From assembly GCA_051362555.1 (NCBI GenBank), contig CM120643.1:5642001-5706000 (forward strand): a DNA stretch of 64,000 bases. The letters are read 5' to 3'. Origin of the DNA: Lingula anatina (taxonomy: Eukaryota; Animalia; Brachiopoda). A model generated the notes under the pieces. That model had not been told where the DNA came from. It saw nothing but the letters and a program-made list of their open reading frames with translations, and searched no databases. The position numbers were made by a program, and so were the translations under genes. This document shows, one piece after another, positions 51,414 through 63,100 of this stretch; positions within the stretch are counted from its first letter, which is position 1, and each line of letters opens with the position of its first letter.

Positions 51414-53019
51414 ATGAAGGTCGTTTTTCTCTTGGTGTTGGTAATGTATACTTTGATCAGATGGGAAAATGTTCATTTAGTCGTAGTGTCAAAGCCAAGC
51501 ATTCCGAGGGCCCTTCGTAACTATGCCGCAGTCACGTCTACAACCCCAAATGTCCCAAGGTCTGTCAGCAGTCGAGAACAGCGGCTGACAACGACACGAC
51601 CTAGGCATAAAAGCACCAGAGTTCCCAAGACCACTGAGAATGACTCCCCTATGGTAACCGGAAGTGACTCCCCTATGGTAACCGGAAGTGACTCCCCTAT
51701 GGTAACTGGAAGTGACTCCCCTATGGTCACTGGAAGCGATTCCCCCATGGTCACCGAAAGAGACTCCCCTATGGTAACCGGGAGTGACTCCCCTATGGTC
51801 ACTGGAAGTGATTCCCCTATGGTCACGGGAAATGATTCCCATTTGGTCAACGAAAGTGGCTCACTCGTTGTCGACAAAAGCAGCTCACCCATGGTCACCG
51901 AAAGTAATTTACCCACGGTCAACAAAAGTGCATCTCCTATGGTTACACGGGCGAACACAGCAGCTGTAAGTAAAATGATTGTCCCTACCGCCGCGTCCAC
52001 AAACAAGGTAACAAACAATGAGATTCATACAACAGAGAAGGAACTACGAAATGTACAAGTTTACTACCCGGCTCTCACTCCAGAGATCCCAGACCTCAAC
52101 TCAAATATAAGCCTTACAAATACACGCCAACCCAGCACCGGTCATGTATCTCAAGAACATTCACCTTACCTTTCACCAAAATTGGAACAATTTGCTCCAA
52201 CTTCCTCCATGTTGTATTCTCAGAGGGAACTAATGCTGCTTAACGTAACAGTAAACACCCCGTTCTGTGCTGCTCGTAGTGATGGGATAACTGATGATGT
52301 CATCCTCGTAACCTGCTACTGCGACGACTTGTGCGACGTGTTTGGTGATTGCTGTTGGCCATACAACCGCTTTTGCAACGATACCAAAATCACCGGGGTT
52401 GATATACATAGAAATAATACAGAGTGTTGGTTACAGGGGTCTAAAGAAATTGAGGACGTATACAGTAAATACTACTGGGTAGTGTCTTCTTGTCCAAGCC
52501 ACTGGCACGATGAAGAAGTTCGAAATAAATGCGAGTTTAAAGACTGGTCCAATGACATAGCTGTTGTGTTGCCCGTCTCGTCGGTAGAGTCAAATGTCGC
52601 ATTTAGAAACTCTTTTTGCGCCACCTGTCACAACGTGGCGGTGCACAAAGCGTGGAAGCCTAGAATTGTGTGTCACAAGTCACAAATCGAAGTTTTCAAA
52701 GATGTTACCACCGTTACCGGAGTTTTGGAGAAGATCCATTTGACACCAGATTGCATGCTGTTTTTTGGCACACCGGACCATCACCCAGGACGCCCTTGCA
52801 TAGGCCCCGAAGGGGGACACGAACCCACGAGCGGAATCAACAATGGAAGATGCCAATTCACATTTGACGCCGAATCTGTGCGTCTTTGTAATTCTGGACC
52901 CGTGTCAGTGACGTATTTTGAAGGGCCTCATGGCCACTCTTATGGTCGGAATCTATTCTGTTGGCTTTGCCATGTGCCTCCAAATACTACCCCAAGCATC
53001 CATCGCTGTAATGAAAACG
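51414..53019 (+). CDS. Exon 1 of a secreted/surface glycoprotein: signal peptide, Ser/Thr/Pro mucin stalk, somatomedin-B-like and Cys-rich domains
   Basis: The long ORF has a hydrophobic N-terminus (MKVVFLLVLVMYTLI), then CYCDDLCDVFGDCC and YWVVSSCP...PVSS...FRNSFCATCH, motifs typical of invertebrate SMB-domain/adhesion-GPCR-like ectodomains. The donor AACG|gtaagt at 53019/53020 is phase 1. Confidence 0.9.
51642..51953 (+). repeat. 24-bp coding minisatellite (DSPMVTGS-type x8 plus 5 degenerate units)
   Basis: GACTCCCCTATGGT(A/C)AC(C/T)GGAAGT is repeated in frame within exon 1. Confidence 0.95.
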
Positions 53020-54046
53020 GTAAGTCTTCTTAGTCGCAAAATCTTCATGTTAGCTGTGAGTTATAAGTTGTAATTCATTACAAAATACGTTATTCGTCAA
53101 TTCAATATTAATTCTTTCCTGAATTGTGTGGTGTATACATTTTTAATCCTTATCATTTGTATTACAATGCAATCGATTGTTTACACGTTGCGCAAAAAGT
53201 ATATTTGGCTATAACTACAGTACATGTATGTTCGAATGGTGCAGAGAACAATGATAAAATATATTGAATATCTTCCACTGTATGATATAACTTGTTTTAT
53301 AATTTCTTTAAAATAATTAAATAAATACACAATTAAAATGCATTCGATCATAAAATGACTAGATAAAAGTCAGATTATATAGCTATACTGGTTCAATAAC
53401 CCTCAGAGGTATTTATATAAACGTTGAAATACAATTTCTTGGCCCGTTAGCCTCTTCAACTTATAAAGATAACTGGTGCACTGGAAAAGAGCTTTGTTGT
53501 AATTCTAAATAAGATTAACAAGGTTTTCTTTTGATTAAAGGGAGATTGCTATGTTTGGATCTATTTCCTTATTCCCTTAGAAAATGCAGAACTAAACACT
53601 AAGCCAAATGCCTGTTGTGAAATGATGGTGTAACATAAAAAAAACCCGTACATAGTTTGTTTGATGTAATATCTCAATGTAAAAGATCTCAAACCTAAAA
53701 AAGGTAAGGCAGACTCGGCAAAGAGGTGGTAAATCACACAAAAAGGGTCAATTTTTGCCCTTTGTATACAAGTATTTTACGTCAAAGAAACGTGGAAAGG
53801 GGTTATTCTGACCAATTTATGTCATTTAAACTTTTCGATCTCCTTTGAAAGAACCTAGATTAAAAAGACGTTCACAGTTGATATACTTCGAAAAAATTGA
53901 ATAATCGGTGCTTCGTCAGGTCTTGAAAAAGATGATACAAATTAAATACTTTTTTCCGTACTGCACTTCCTATTTTTTAATTTGTTTTATTAATTCAATT
54001 ATATATTTTATAATTTTTTTGTATCTAATTATTGATTGACTTTTAG

Positions 54047-54144
54047 CGGCAGGTGAGATAGAGAACAAAGCATTCGAACCTAAGGGCCTTTCCGCTTTGA
54101 TAGATTATCAAAGAGAAGCACGATGCCAAGAAAGTTGGGACCAC
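54047..54144 (+). CDS. Exon 2 of the SMB-like gene
   Basis: ttttag|CGGCAGG...GACCAC|gtaagc, 98 bp, phase 1 to phase 0. It is open and encodes AAGEIENKAFEPKGLSALIDYQREARCQESWDH, joining exons 1 and 3 in frame. Confidence 0.85.
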
Positions 54145-54574
54145 GTAAGCGCGTACAATTACTAAGCTAAAATCTCTTGGCCATCTTTAAAACAATGCTG
54201 TCATTTTTAACTATTCTAAAAAAACACTTTAAAACTGTCAAAAAATTGTTCAAATGAATCTTCTGAAAAATTTAATTCTACTCATTTATGTGAAATAAAG
54301 ATTAAATATAAAAATGTGATCTTTGTTTTGATAGAGTGGTTGCAAGATCACGTCCAGAGAATTTTTCATTGAAATACATTTTCGCTTTCCAATTGACCTT
54401 TCACTTGTAAAAATGCATTCTGTTTGCAATGTTTTAGTAGGCCTACGTAGACACTAAATTGCCGAGTGTGACATTTGGCAGAAACCTGTTAAGCAAGAGT
54501 TTCGTTTCGTGGTTTGAAAAATAATGACACATAACAATTTTGCTCCTATATCATTTGGTTTACATTTTTTACAG

Positions 54575-55147
54575 GATGCCTGTAAGCAGACCAAAGAATG
54601 CCAAGAAGATGAAAGGTGGTGCTCTCTGCCCCTTGATTTCATCATAAACTTGACGTTCAATTTGACTTTAAAACTCAGTCCCAAACAACCCGTTAAAAAT
54701 CCATGTGTACTAACGCCACTCTGTTACATTGACTCCACGATTTTCGATGGGGGAGATTTAGCTGACTTTTCACCAAGTGGGGCGTGGGAGACCGAAATAG
54801 AGAGAGGATTTCATGATAGGTGGTGCTCTCTACCACTTGGTGAGAGAGATGACATGATCGTTATTCTACCAATCACGCTGAAGCAGAGCGTCCGCCGTTT
54901 GCGTGATGCTAGCCAATTGTTCGAGGACTTTCTGGATCAAGTTGAGGCTCTCATAAAGGAATCTTACCGGCAGATTCCTTACGTAGGAATCGATTTTGAC
55001 GTCAGTGTCGTGAGAGACCGCAGTTCCTTTGAGGAGACCCCATCTAGAAGAGAGAATCCCGATCATGCCATATCTTCTCTCTCTCGGGCCCGAGACAATG
55101 TAATGTTATGGCAGTTTTTGATGGCAATTATTATTACCTACATTTAA
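54575..55147 (+). CDS. Exon 3 (terminal) of the SMB-like gene; hydrophobic C-terminal tail suggests a GPI anchor signal
   Basis: tttttacag|GATGCC (phase 0) is open to TAA at 55147 and ends SSLSRARDNVMLWQFLMAIIITYI*. The spliced CDS is 1606+98+573=2277 nt, or 758 aa. Confidence 0.85.
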   Translation, partial: DACKQTKECQEDERWCSLPLDFIINLTFNLTLKLSPKQPVKNPCVLTPLCYIDSTIFDGGDLADFSPSGAWETEIERGFHDRWCSLPLGERDDMIVILPITLKQSVRRLRDASQLFEDFLDQVEALIKESYRQIPYVGIDFDVSVVRDRSSFEETPSRRENPDHAISSLSRARDNVMLWQFLMAIIITYI

Positions 55148-55163
55148 AATGTAATATTGTCAT

Positions 55164-55169
55164 AATAAA
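55164..55169 (+). terminator. Candidate polyadenylation signal
   Basis: AATAAA begins 17 nt after the stop codon. Confidence 0.45.
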
Positions 55170-56363
55170 CATTCATTTCCATGACAGTATTTGAAGATTG
55201 AAATGAGATACGGATTGGCGATCTACGGGATTTTAACATTAATGCATGACAGGACTTTTAAACACCTTTGATCCGCCTAGAACTGCGTTCCTCTTAACGC
55301 AAATAGTGGACACTGACTTAAAATTGCGTGAATTTGATTTCTAAATCACCTGTAGAAGACAAAAGTATTATGCTTGTTACTCTGCGTTTTCCCAAGCTGA
55401 TCTATTATAATAAATACATGTATGTAGTTGGGGTCGGTATAGGCCTATCGCAGGTGTAATGTTCTGCGTGAAAATATATCAGAATTTTAAACTGAATGAA
55501 ATAATGGCCAAAATGACGGTGTTATATGTTTGTGATAATGAAGCTGAATAAGTAGCAAATTAAAAAGAGCATAGAAGCAACATCTCTGACAATTTTGAGA
55601 ATAATTGTGTTAGAGCAGATGCGTAGAATTTTTGGATTTAAACGTTAACAGAATGGCAAGGAAATGACTATCGTAAATAGTTTAATGACATAGCTATCAC
55701 TTTGCTTATTTCTCGTAAAACTTTCAATATCAGTTCACCGGGAAGTGCATTTGTGAGAGGCACTTGAAGAGTGCATTGAGAATTAGTCATACACTGTATA
55801 TACTTCCAATCGTGCATTGCTAAAACACAAAATATGTCTGTGGTGAAGCTATAGTAGTTATCAGATTTGAAAAACACACTTCAGATGACACTAAATTAAA
55901 TTATTACATGCTGATGAATCTTTTCGCAGGATCTAATTAACAGTTTCACACTTCACGCAGGAAATCAATGCTGCCTTGTTGAGTGTCGTGACGGTGTGTT
56001 ACGCTCAATGTTTTCAGTTGCTTCCTCAAGTTGTCATACCAAATGCCTTGAAAAGATTGCATAACATATCCCGTCTTTTTACTGCAAATAAACTATAACG
56101 ATATCACGACACTACAGAGAAAAACTAGCTAGGCTGATGAAGGCCCAAGGCGCGCCACACGATCCGAACGCGCTTAGCACTCCTCATTCTAGCATTTCCA
56201 GTTGAAGTTGATACATTTCCAAGGGGTTGGTGCATTAACCTGGGCCGATAAGAAAAATTTCCGGGGTTGGATTTACAAATAACGAACAACACAATGTAGC
56301 CTGGGTAATTTGGATGGGTGGACTTCATAGAATTAAGGACTTAGGTTGCGGTGGTGCTCCCTT

Positions 56364-56513
56364 GGTTACCCTCTACCAGGGTCTCAGTTATTATTGTGGA
56401 CATTTTTTGCTGAATTGACATCACACCAAAATGACTGTCTATTTATCTAGAGACCTACATGTATCTGTGAATATCTGTGAAAAATCAATCTGTTGCCCTG
56501 GTAGAAAGTAGCC
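56364..56513. mobile_element. 150-bp MITE
   Basis: The TIRs GGTTACCCTCTACCAGGG / CCCTGGTAGAAAGTAGCC match at 15/18. The same terminus CCCTGGTAGAGGGTA also occurs at 57-71. Confidence 0.55.
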
Positions 56514-56658
56514 ATTGGTCAAGTATCACCCGAAACATGAAAAACTGGCCGAAGTCTACCCACAGCTGTGTACTTGGTGATCCAACATAGAGCTAGTTGG
56601 CTAAGGGGGTCAACTCACTAGAATCTCAATGACTGCCTCTATATCAATCGGTAAACAT

Positions 56659-56825
56659 CAGGGGCGGATTTAGGCCGTCTTCTGGGTCTTCCGGAAGACG
56701 GTCAGATTTTCATGTTAACATTGACGGGTATCTAATTCTTTTGTCGGAAGACGGTCAAAAGAGAAGAATGGATCAACAAAGATAATTTAGAAGACTGTCA
56801 GAAAATATCTCTGAATCCGCCCATG
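56659..56825. mobile_element. hAT5-like MITE with 5-bp TSD
   Basis: The TIRs are CAGGGGCGGATTTA / TGAATCCGCCCATG. A perfect AACAT duplication flanks both sides. Confidence 0.8.
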
Positions 56826-57936
56826 AACATCCAAATACGTAATCACGAAAATGATTTGATGACGGTTTCTGATTTAAAGGAATTTTTAGCAAGGATCAAA
56901 AGGCATCAGACATTTTAATGACGACTTGTATTAATCCCTTAAAATAGATCAGCTTTCATGTTTCAACAAAATATGGAATTTCCATAATATTTTACCGTGC
57001 TATTATTTCAATTACATTTTCATATGTGATGTCGTCATTGGGCAGGACAGCAGCGAAGACACTGACATGCAATTCATCAAATACAGATCAAATCGACTAA
57101 TAAACAATTATTCCCCAAATAAGGTCAGTTCGCACAATTTCCACAATATTCTACTCAATTGTAGATTTTTAAATTGTTTATTATATTTATTTCAAGATGC
57201 ATGTTCATAATAATTTGAATAATTTTGAATATGAATTTGAAGGGGGATTCCGTGGATGCAAAGCCGCCCCCACCTCCACCCCCCTGTTGGAAGCCCCCGA
57301 AAATGTTGGTTTTTCAGAGGGCAAACGGTGCCATTTGGTATGGAATAGAAGTATAATTCAGCCAGTCAAAACTCTAATTTCAAGAGTGGATCATTGGTGT
57401 TTTTTTTTCCAGAAATTGAAGGGGGGGGGGGGTCTGGACCCCCTGACCACCACCCCTTATTCCGCCACTGCACTCTATATTCAAACAGGACCAACTTTTA
57501 AATAATATTTAGTAAGTAACATTTTATCTGGAATTATTTAGAAAATGGGAATCCAATTCTTCATCAGAGCTGCACCCAAACAAGAACATATATTTTGTAT
57601 GGGTTTGAAATATCACTTCATAATAAAGTTTCATCGTAACTACCAACGTCTGTTCCTCTTTCTGCAAGATATATTTCCTTCTGAGCTTTGTCTGACATCT
57701 GTGGAATGATCATCAAGAATTTTATGCTCAATAAAAAAATTTGGTCTCAAAAATATATATCAGTGACTAAGACATCAGTATGGTAATCATTTTCTGTTAC
57801 TGAAGGACAGAGTTTTTTATGTGGTATATGGACTGTGATCTCTGATGACTGGTTGTCTGCTACCCCATTGGAGTGAGTGGGGCTGGTCATGTCCTTTCTT
57901 AGGGGGGTTTAGCAGGTTCTAAACCCTGTTATATTG

Positions 57937-58013
57937 TCATACATTGGAGAAATTGGTTGCTTTGTTGTAGTCTTCAAATTCTCCATTTTGTTGTACTTTG
58001 GTTCCATTACATC
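57937..58013 (-). pseudogene. LRP1-like cytoplasmic-tail exon with disrupted NPxY motif
   Basis: ttttttctcgtag| is followed by (G)CNGTKVQQNGEFEDYNKATNFSN and then GTATGA. Restoring one CCAAT repeat gives TNFSNPMYD, comparable to LRP1 PTNFTNPVY. Confidence 0.55.
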
Positions 58014-58332
58014 CTACGAGAAAAAAGATGAGCACTTTAGACCAATGAATAAAAAGAAAATTTCCAGTTAACGAAGTATAAAATAAAAGGTTTTCACAGG
58101 CAATTCATGAAAAAAAGACAAAAGAACTAAACAAAACAAAACAAACAAACAAACAAACAAAAAAACCCCATAAAACAAGAAGATGAACCTGTACACATGC
58201 TTTCTACTATATATGCAAAATACTGAATACTTCAAAGTTCTGAATCTTTTGTCTTTTGTCTCAGCTGAGTATCCAAATAAAACCCTCAAATCTTTTACCG
58301 ATCACATTTCTATACAATATGTGACTATATAC

Positions 58333-58478
58333 CCCATTCTGTGCCACAGAGCTGTCATATACAATGTCTGGCATACTGATTGCCAGGTCATTTCCTCCAT
58401 ATAATAGAAAGCCATCGCTCCTGCAGGTGCCCCAGTCTGAACTCGCTGCCGCCACTGGAATGCAGGGCCTTGCTCACA
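58333..58478 (-). other. Exon-like segment between the LRP-like TM and NPxY exons; identity unresolved
   Basis: gatttcag|TGTGAG...AATGGG|gtatat, GC-rich, 146 bp. No recognisable LRP motif. Confidence 0.35.
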
Positions 58479-58921
58479 CTGAAATCATAGCAACAACTAT
58501 TTCAATATCTAGGGGAATCGTTTGATACATTACCAAAAGATTAAGATCCGGACTTATAATAAATATGAAATGAATTTTTAAAATTTTGCTGTAAAGATTA
58601 TACCTGATGTGCCTTTAACTTAAGAAAAATTTGTTTGATACCGAATACCTTATTTTCTAAGATGTACTTGATATCACCTAAGATGACTTAACAAATTTTC
58701 CTTAAAATTCTTTGTGAGAGTGAGAAAAAGCCCAGATTTAATGACTGTACCCCCACGGGATGACGCATGGGGAGTCGTGTGAGAGGCGGGGAGACTATTA
58801 AAAGATAAGGGGGTTTTCCTTTCATGTACGTCTGCCATATTTACGTCGTGGCTTTGTAGAGCCATGGCTCAACTAGATGTGAATGTGGCCAGAGAGAGAG
58901 GGACAGAGAAAGAGAAATCTG

Positions 58922-59011
58922 ATCCTCTTCTTTGCAGAAATAGGAACACAACTTTTATGACCTCTAATAAGATGACCACAAGTATAATGGGGACCACAGT
59001 GGCAGCTGTTT
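58922..59011 (-). pseudogene. Transmembrane-helix exon, LRP-like, degenerate
   Basis: gttatttcag| is followed by TAATVVPIILVVILLEVIKVVFLFLQRRG, a TM helix plus basic stop-transfer sequence. It has charged substitutions within the helix and no canonical donor. Confidence 0.55.
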
Positions 59012-59201
59012 CTGAAATAACACATTTACTGGGAATGTTTCAACTCAGAAAGGGAAATAATTCATCGAAGAAGTAAAACCAAAATTCTGAATCACAAAAT
59101 GAATACATTCTATCCAAAACTGAATATTTTCACTTTTAAATATGACTAAAATAGTCATTTCACGGCAAAAAATAATGTAAACTAAATAATTTTTTCAGTA
59201 C

Positions 59202-59434
59202 CTTGTATCTGTTGCAGAGGATGCATGACCTTGAGGTCCATGGGCCTGTGGATTGTGTTGACCAGTGATGTCTGGTTAGTGCCTGTGTACTTGTTAGCTT
59301 TTTCAATACTCAGATGGTTCCAGTCAGTCCAATATATCCAGTCTTCAAATACAGCAATGGCAAATACCAGTATGTGGGCTATTCTGACTTCTGATATGAC
59401 CAATTAACTGTTGCTGACATCAAGGATGGCATAC
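59202..59434 (-). pseudogene. LRP1: YWTD beta-propeller exon of an LRP1/LRP2-like receptor with an in-frame stop
   Basis: tttcag|G is followed by [76 protein letters not shown]|gtactg. Compare LRP1 as I recall it: [48 protein letters not shown]. The TAA is at 59404-59406. The LRP1 versus LRP2 assignment is not certain. Confidence 0.8.
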
Positions 59435-60186
59435 CTGAAATCTAATGTACATATGTATTAGATTTTGCGTCATTTCCTATAAATGGAACAAGAAAAACTA
59501 CAGAGCCTGCAGTGAACTGTTTGTCTCTGTTAGAAGAAGATCAACTTTACAACCTCCAGACCTGCTTGGCTGTGGTGCAGGTAATAACCTGTGACACTAC
59601 CACATACTAAATTTGGTTACATTAGCCAACTGAAAATTTATAAACAAAAAAAAAAAAAAAAAGGAAAGACATGAGCATATATACAAATATAAGTCTGTCC
59701 AGTAAATATATCTGGAATAAAATGCCTAGCATATAAGACATATTTTAATTAGAAATTAAATGTAAATCAATTACTTATATCAAACGTGAGTATGCAGTCC
59801 CTGACTTTTTATCTGGCCACTAAAATTTTATTTGTATTATTATCATTATCTATTTACAAACTTTTAGGTTCTTTTTTAACCATTTGGGACAAATTCCTAT
59901 TTATCTTATGTATATTATGCTTATAAAACATAATGAGAATAAATCATAATTGAAAATAACCTTGTCCAAAAATTAATATTAAGGGCAGAACAAATGAAAA
60001 GATGAAACTACTCTGCTAAGATCTGCCTAGAATCACGGTATAATAGTGGAGAAGACTAGAATATGAAACATGTCCACAAGCTTACATATCCATCAACAGA
60101 CACACATAGCGTATACATGCAGTTCTCACTAGTACACACTCCATTATGTTATCCCAAGATAATGTTTGTTTTCAAGTTTCTCTTAC

Positions 60187-63100
60187 CTGAAAACACTGGC
60201 AATTTTCACGGCTAAAAATAGTTAAATGTTAATAATTTTAACAAATCTTGTCCAATGTTTCTGAAGATTGTCCTAAATCTTGCCACATGTCATGTATTGT
60301 GCACATGGATAAGACATAGTGCTGCTCTTGGTGCGGTCTTTCACTGCCTGCTTCTTCATGGTAAGGGTACTCTGGAAAAAGAACAATATAACTGAAAAAA
60401 CTGAAAATTACATTGAAAAGACTGGCAAATTCAAGGAATTAAAATAGTTAAACGTTAATAATTTTGTCAAATCTTGTCAAATATTTCTGAAATTTGTGCA
60501 AATGATGCTTAACAAAAATAAAAATCTGTGACAGGCTGATCAGTTGACTCTGTCTTTTGAAAAGTGTTTTTTGGGACAACATATTTGGAAAAACTGAAAT
60601 TTACATTGAAAAGACAGGCAAATTCCATGCCTTAAAATAGTTAAACGTTAATAATTTTGTCAAATCTGGCCCAGTGTTTCTAAAATTTGTAAAAATAATG
60701 CTTAACAACAATAAAAATCTGTGGTAAGCTGCTCAGTTGACTGTGTCTAATGAAAAGTATCTTCTTCTGACAATATCTTTGAAAATTACACTGAAAACAC
60801 TGGCAAATTCCATGGCTTAAAATAGATAAATGTTAATAATTTTGCAAAGTGATTATAAAATAAAATAGCAAATGTGATGAATTGAGGTTGTTTGTGTAAA
60901 AGGTTGCAAATTACCTATAACTGTTATCTGGAAAACAATATATACCCTTACAAGACTTCTCCTTACTACCAATGCCAGATGCAGATTACTCCTTACAATG
61001 GGTTTCTGGAATGGGTTGTTGTTATCCCAATATTTGACAATGTCCTAAATCTTGCCACATGACATGTATTGTACACATGGATAAGACATAGTGCTGCTCT
61101 TGGTGCTGTCTTTCACTGCCTGCTTCTTCATGGTAAGGGTACTCTGGAAAAAGAATAATATAACTGAAATAACTAAAATATTACATTGGAAAAACGGTCA
61201 AATTCAAGGACTTAAAATAGTTAAACATTAATAATTTTGTCAAATCTAGTCCATTATTTCTGAAATTTGCACAAATGATGCTTAACAACAATAAAAATCT
61301 GTGATAAGATCATCAGTTGACTGTATCTAATGATAAGTGTTTTTTAGGACAATATATTTGGGAAAACTGAAATTTACATTGAAAAGACTGGCAAATCCGA
61401 GGACTTAAAATAGTTAAATGTTAATAATTTTGTCAAATCTTGTCCAGTGTTTCTGAAATTTGTACAAATGATGCTTAACAACAATAAAAATCTGTGATAA
61501 GCTGATCAAATGACTGTGTCTATGAAAAGTATCTTCTTCCGACGATATCTTTGAAAAAAACTTAAAATTACACTGAAAACACTGGCAAATTGCATGCATT
61601 AAAATAGTTAAATGTTAATAATTTTGACAAATCTTGTCCAGTATTTCTGAAATTTGCACAAATGATGCTTAACAACAATAGAAATCTGTGATAAGATGCT
61701 CAGTTGACTGTGTCTAATGAAAAGTGTCTTTTGGGGACAATATATTTGGGAAAACTGAAATTTACATTGAAGAGACTGGCAAATCCGAGGACTTAAAATA
61801 GTTAAACGTTAATAATTTTGACAAATCTTATCAAATATTTCTGAAATATGTACAAATGATGCTTAACAACAATAAAAATCTGTGATAAGCTGATCAGTTG
61901 GCTGTATCAAATGAAATGTGATTTTTGGGACAACAAGTTCGGGAAAAGTGAAATTTACATTGAAAAGACTGGCAAAACCCAGGACTTGAAATAGTTAAAT
62001 GTTAATAATTTTGACAAATCTTGTCCAATATTTCTGAAATTTGCACAAATGATGCTTAACAACAATATAAATCTGTGATAAGCTGCTCAGTTGACTGTGT
62101 CTAATGAAAAGTATCTTCTTCTGACAATATCTTTGAAAAAACTAAAAATTACACTGAAAACACTGGCAAATTCCACGGCTTAAAATAGATAAATGTCAAT
62201 AATTTTGCAATGTGATTATAAAATAAAATAGCAAATGTGATGATTTGAGGTTGTTTGTGTAAAAGGTTGCAAATTACCTATAACTGTTATCTGGAAAACA
62301 ATATATACCCTTACAAGACTTCTCCTTACTACCAATGCCAGATGCAGATTACTCCTTACAATGGGTTTCTGGAATGGGTTGTTGTTATCCCAATATTTGA
62401 CAATGTCCTAAATCTTGCCACATGACATGTATTGTACACATGGATAAGACATAGTGCTGCTCTTGGTGCTGTCTTTCACTGCCTGCTTCTTCATGGTAAG
62501 GGTACTCTGGAAAAAGAATAATATAACTGAAATAACTAAAATATTACATTGGAAAAACGGTCAAATTCAAGGACTTAAAATAGTTAAACATTAATAATTT
62601 TGTCAAATCTAGTCCATTATTTCTGAAATTTGCACAAATGATGCTTAACAACAATAAAAATCTGTGATAAGATCATCAGTTGACTGTATCTAATGATAAG
62701 TGTTTTTTAGGACAATATATTTGGGAAAACTGAAATTTACATTGAAAAGACTGGCAAATCCGAGGACTTAAAATAGTTAAATGTTAATAATTTTGTCAAA
62801 TCTTGTCCAGTGTTTCTGAAATTTGTACAAATGATGCTTAACAACAATAAAAATCTGTGATAAGCTGATCAAATGACTGTGTCTATGAAAAGTATCTTCT
62901 TCCGACGATATCTTTGAAAAAAACTTAAAATTACACTGAAAACACTGGCAAATTGCATGCATTAAAATAGTTAAATGTTAATAATTTTGACAAATCTTGT
63001 CCAGTATTTCTGAAATTTGCACAAATGATGCTTAACAACAATATAAATCTGTGATAAGATGCTCAGTTGACTGTGTCTAATGAAAAGTGTCTTTTGGGGA

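Noticed and set aside
51489-52018. Antisense and alternative-frame ORFs (117, 165 and 61 aa)
   Set aside because: These are shadows of the stop-free 24-bp coding repeat in the real plus-strand gene.
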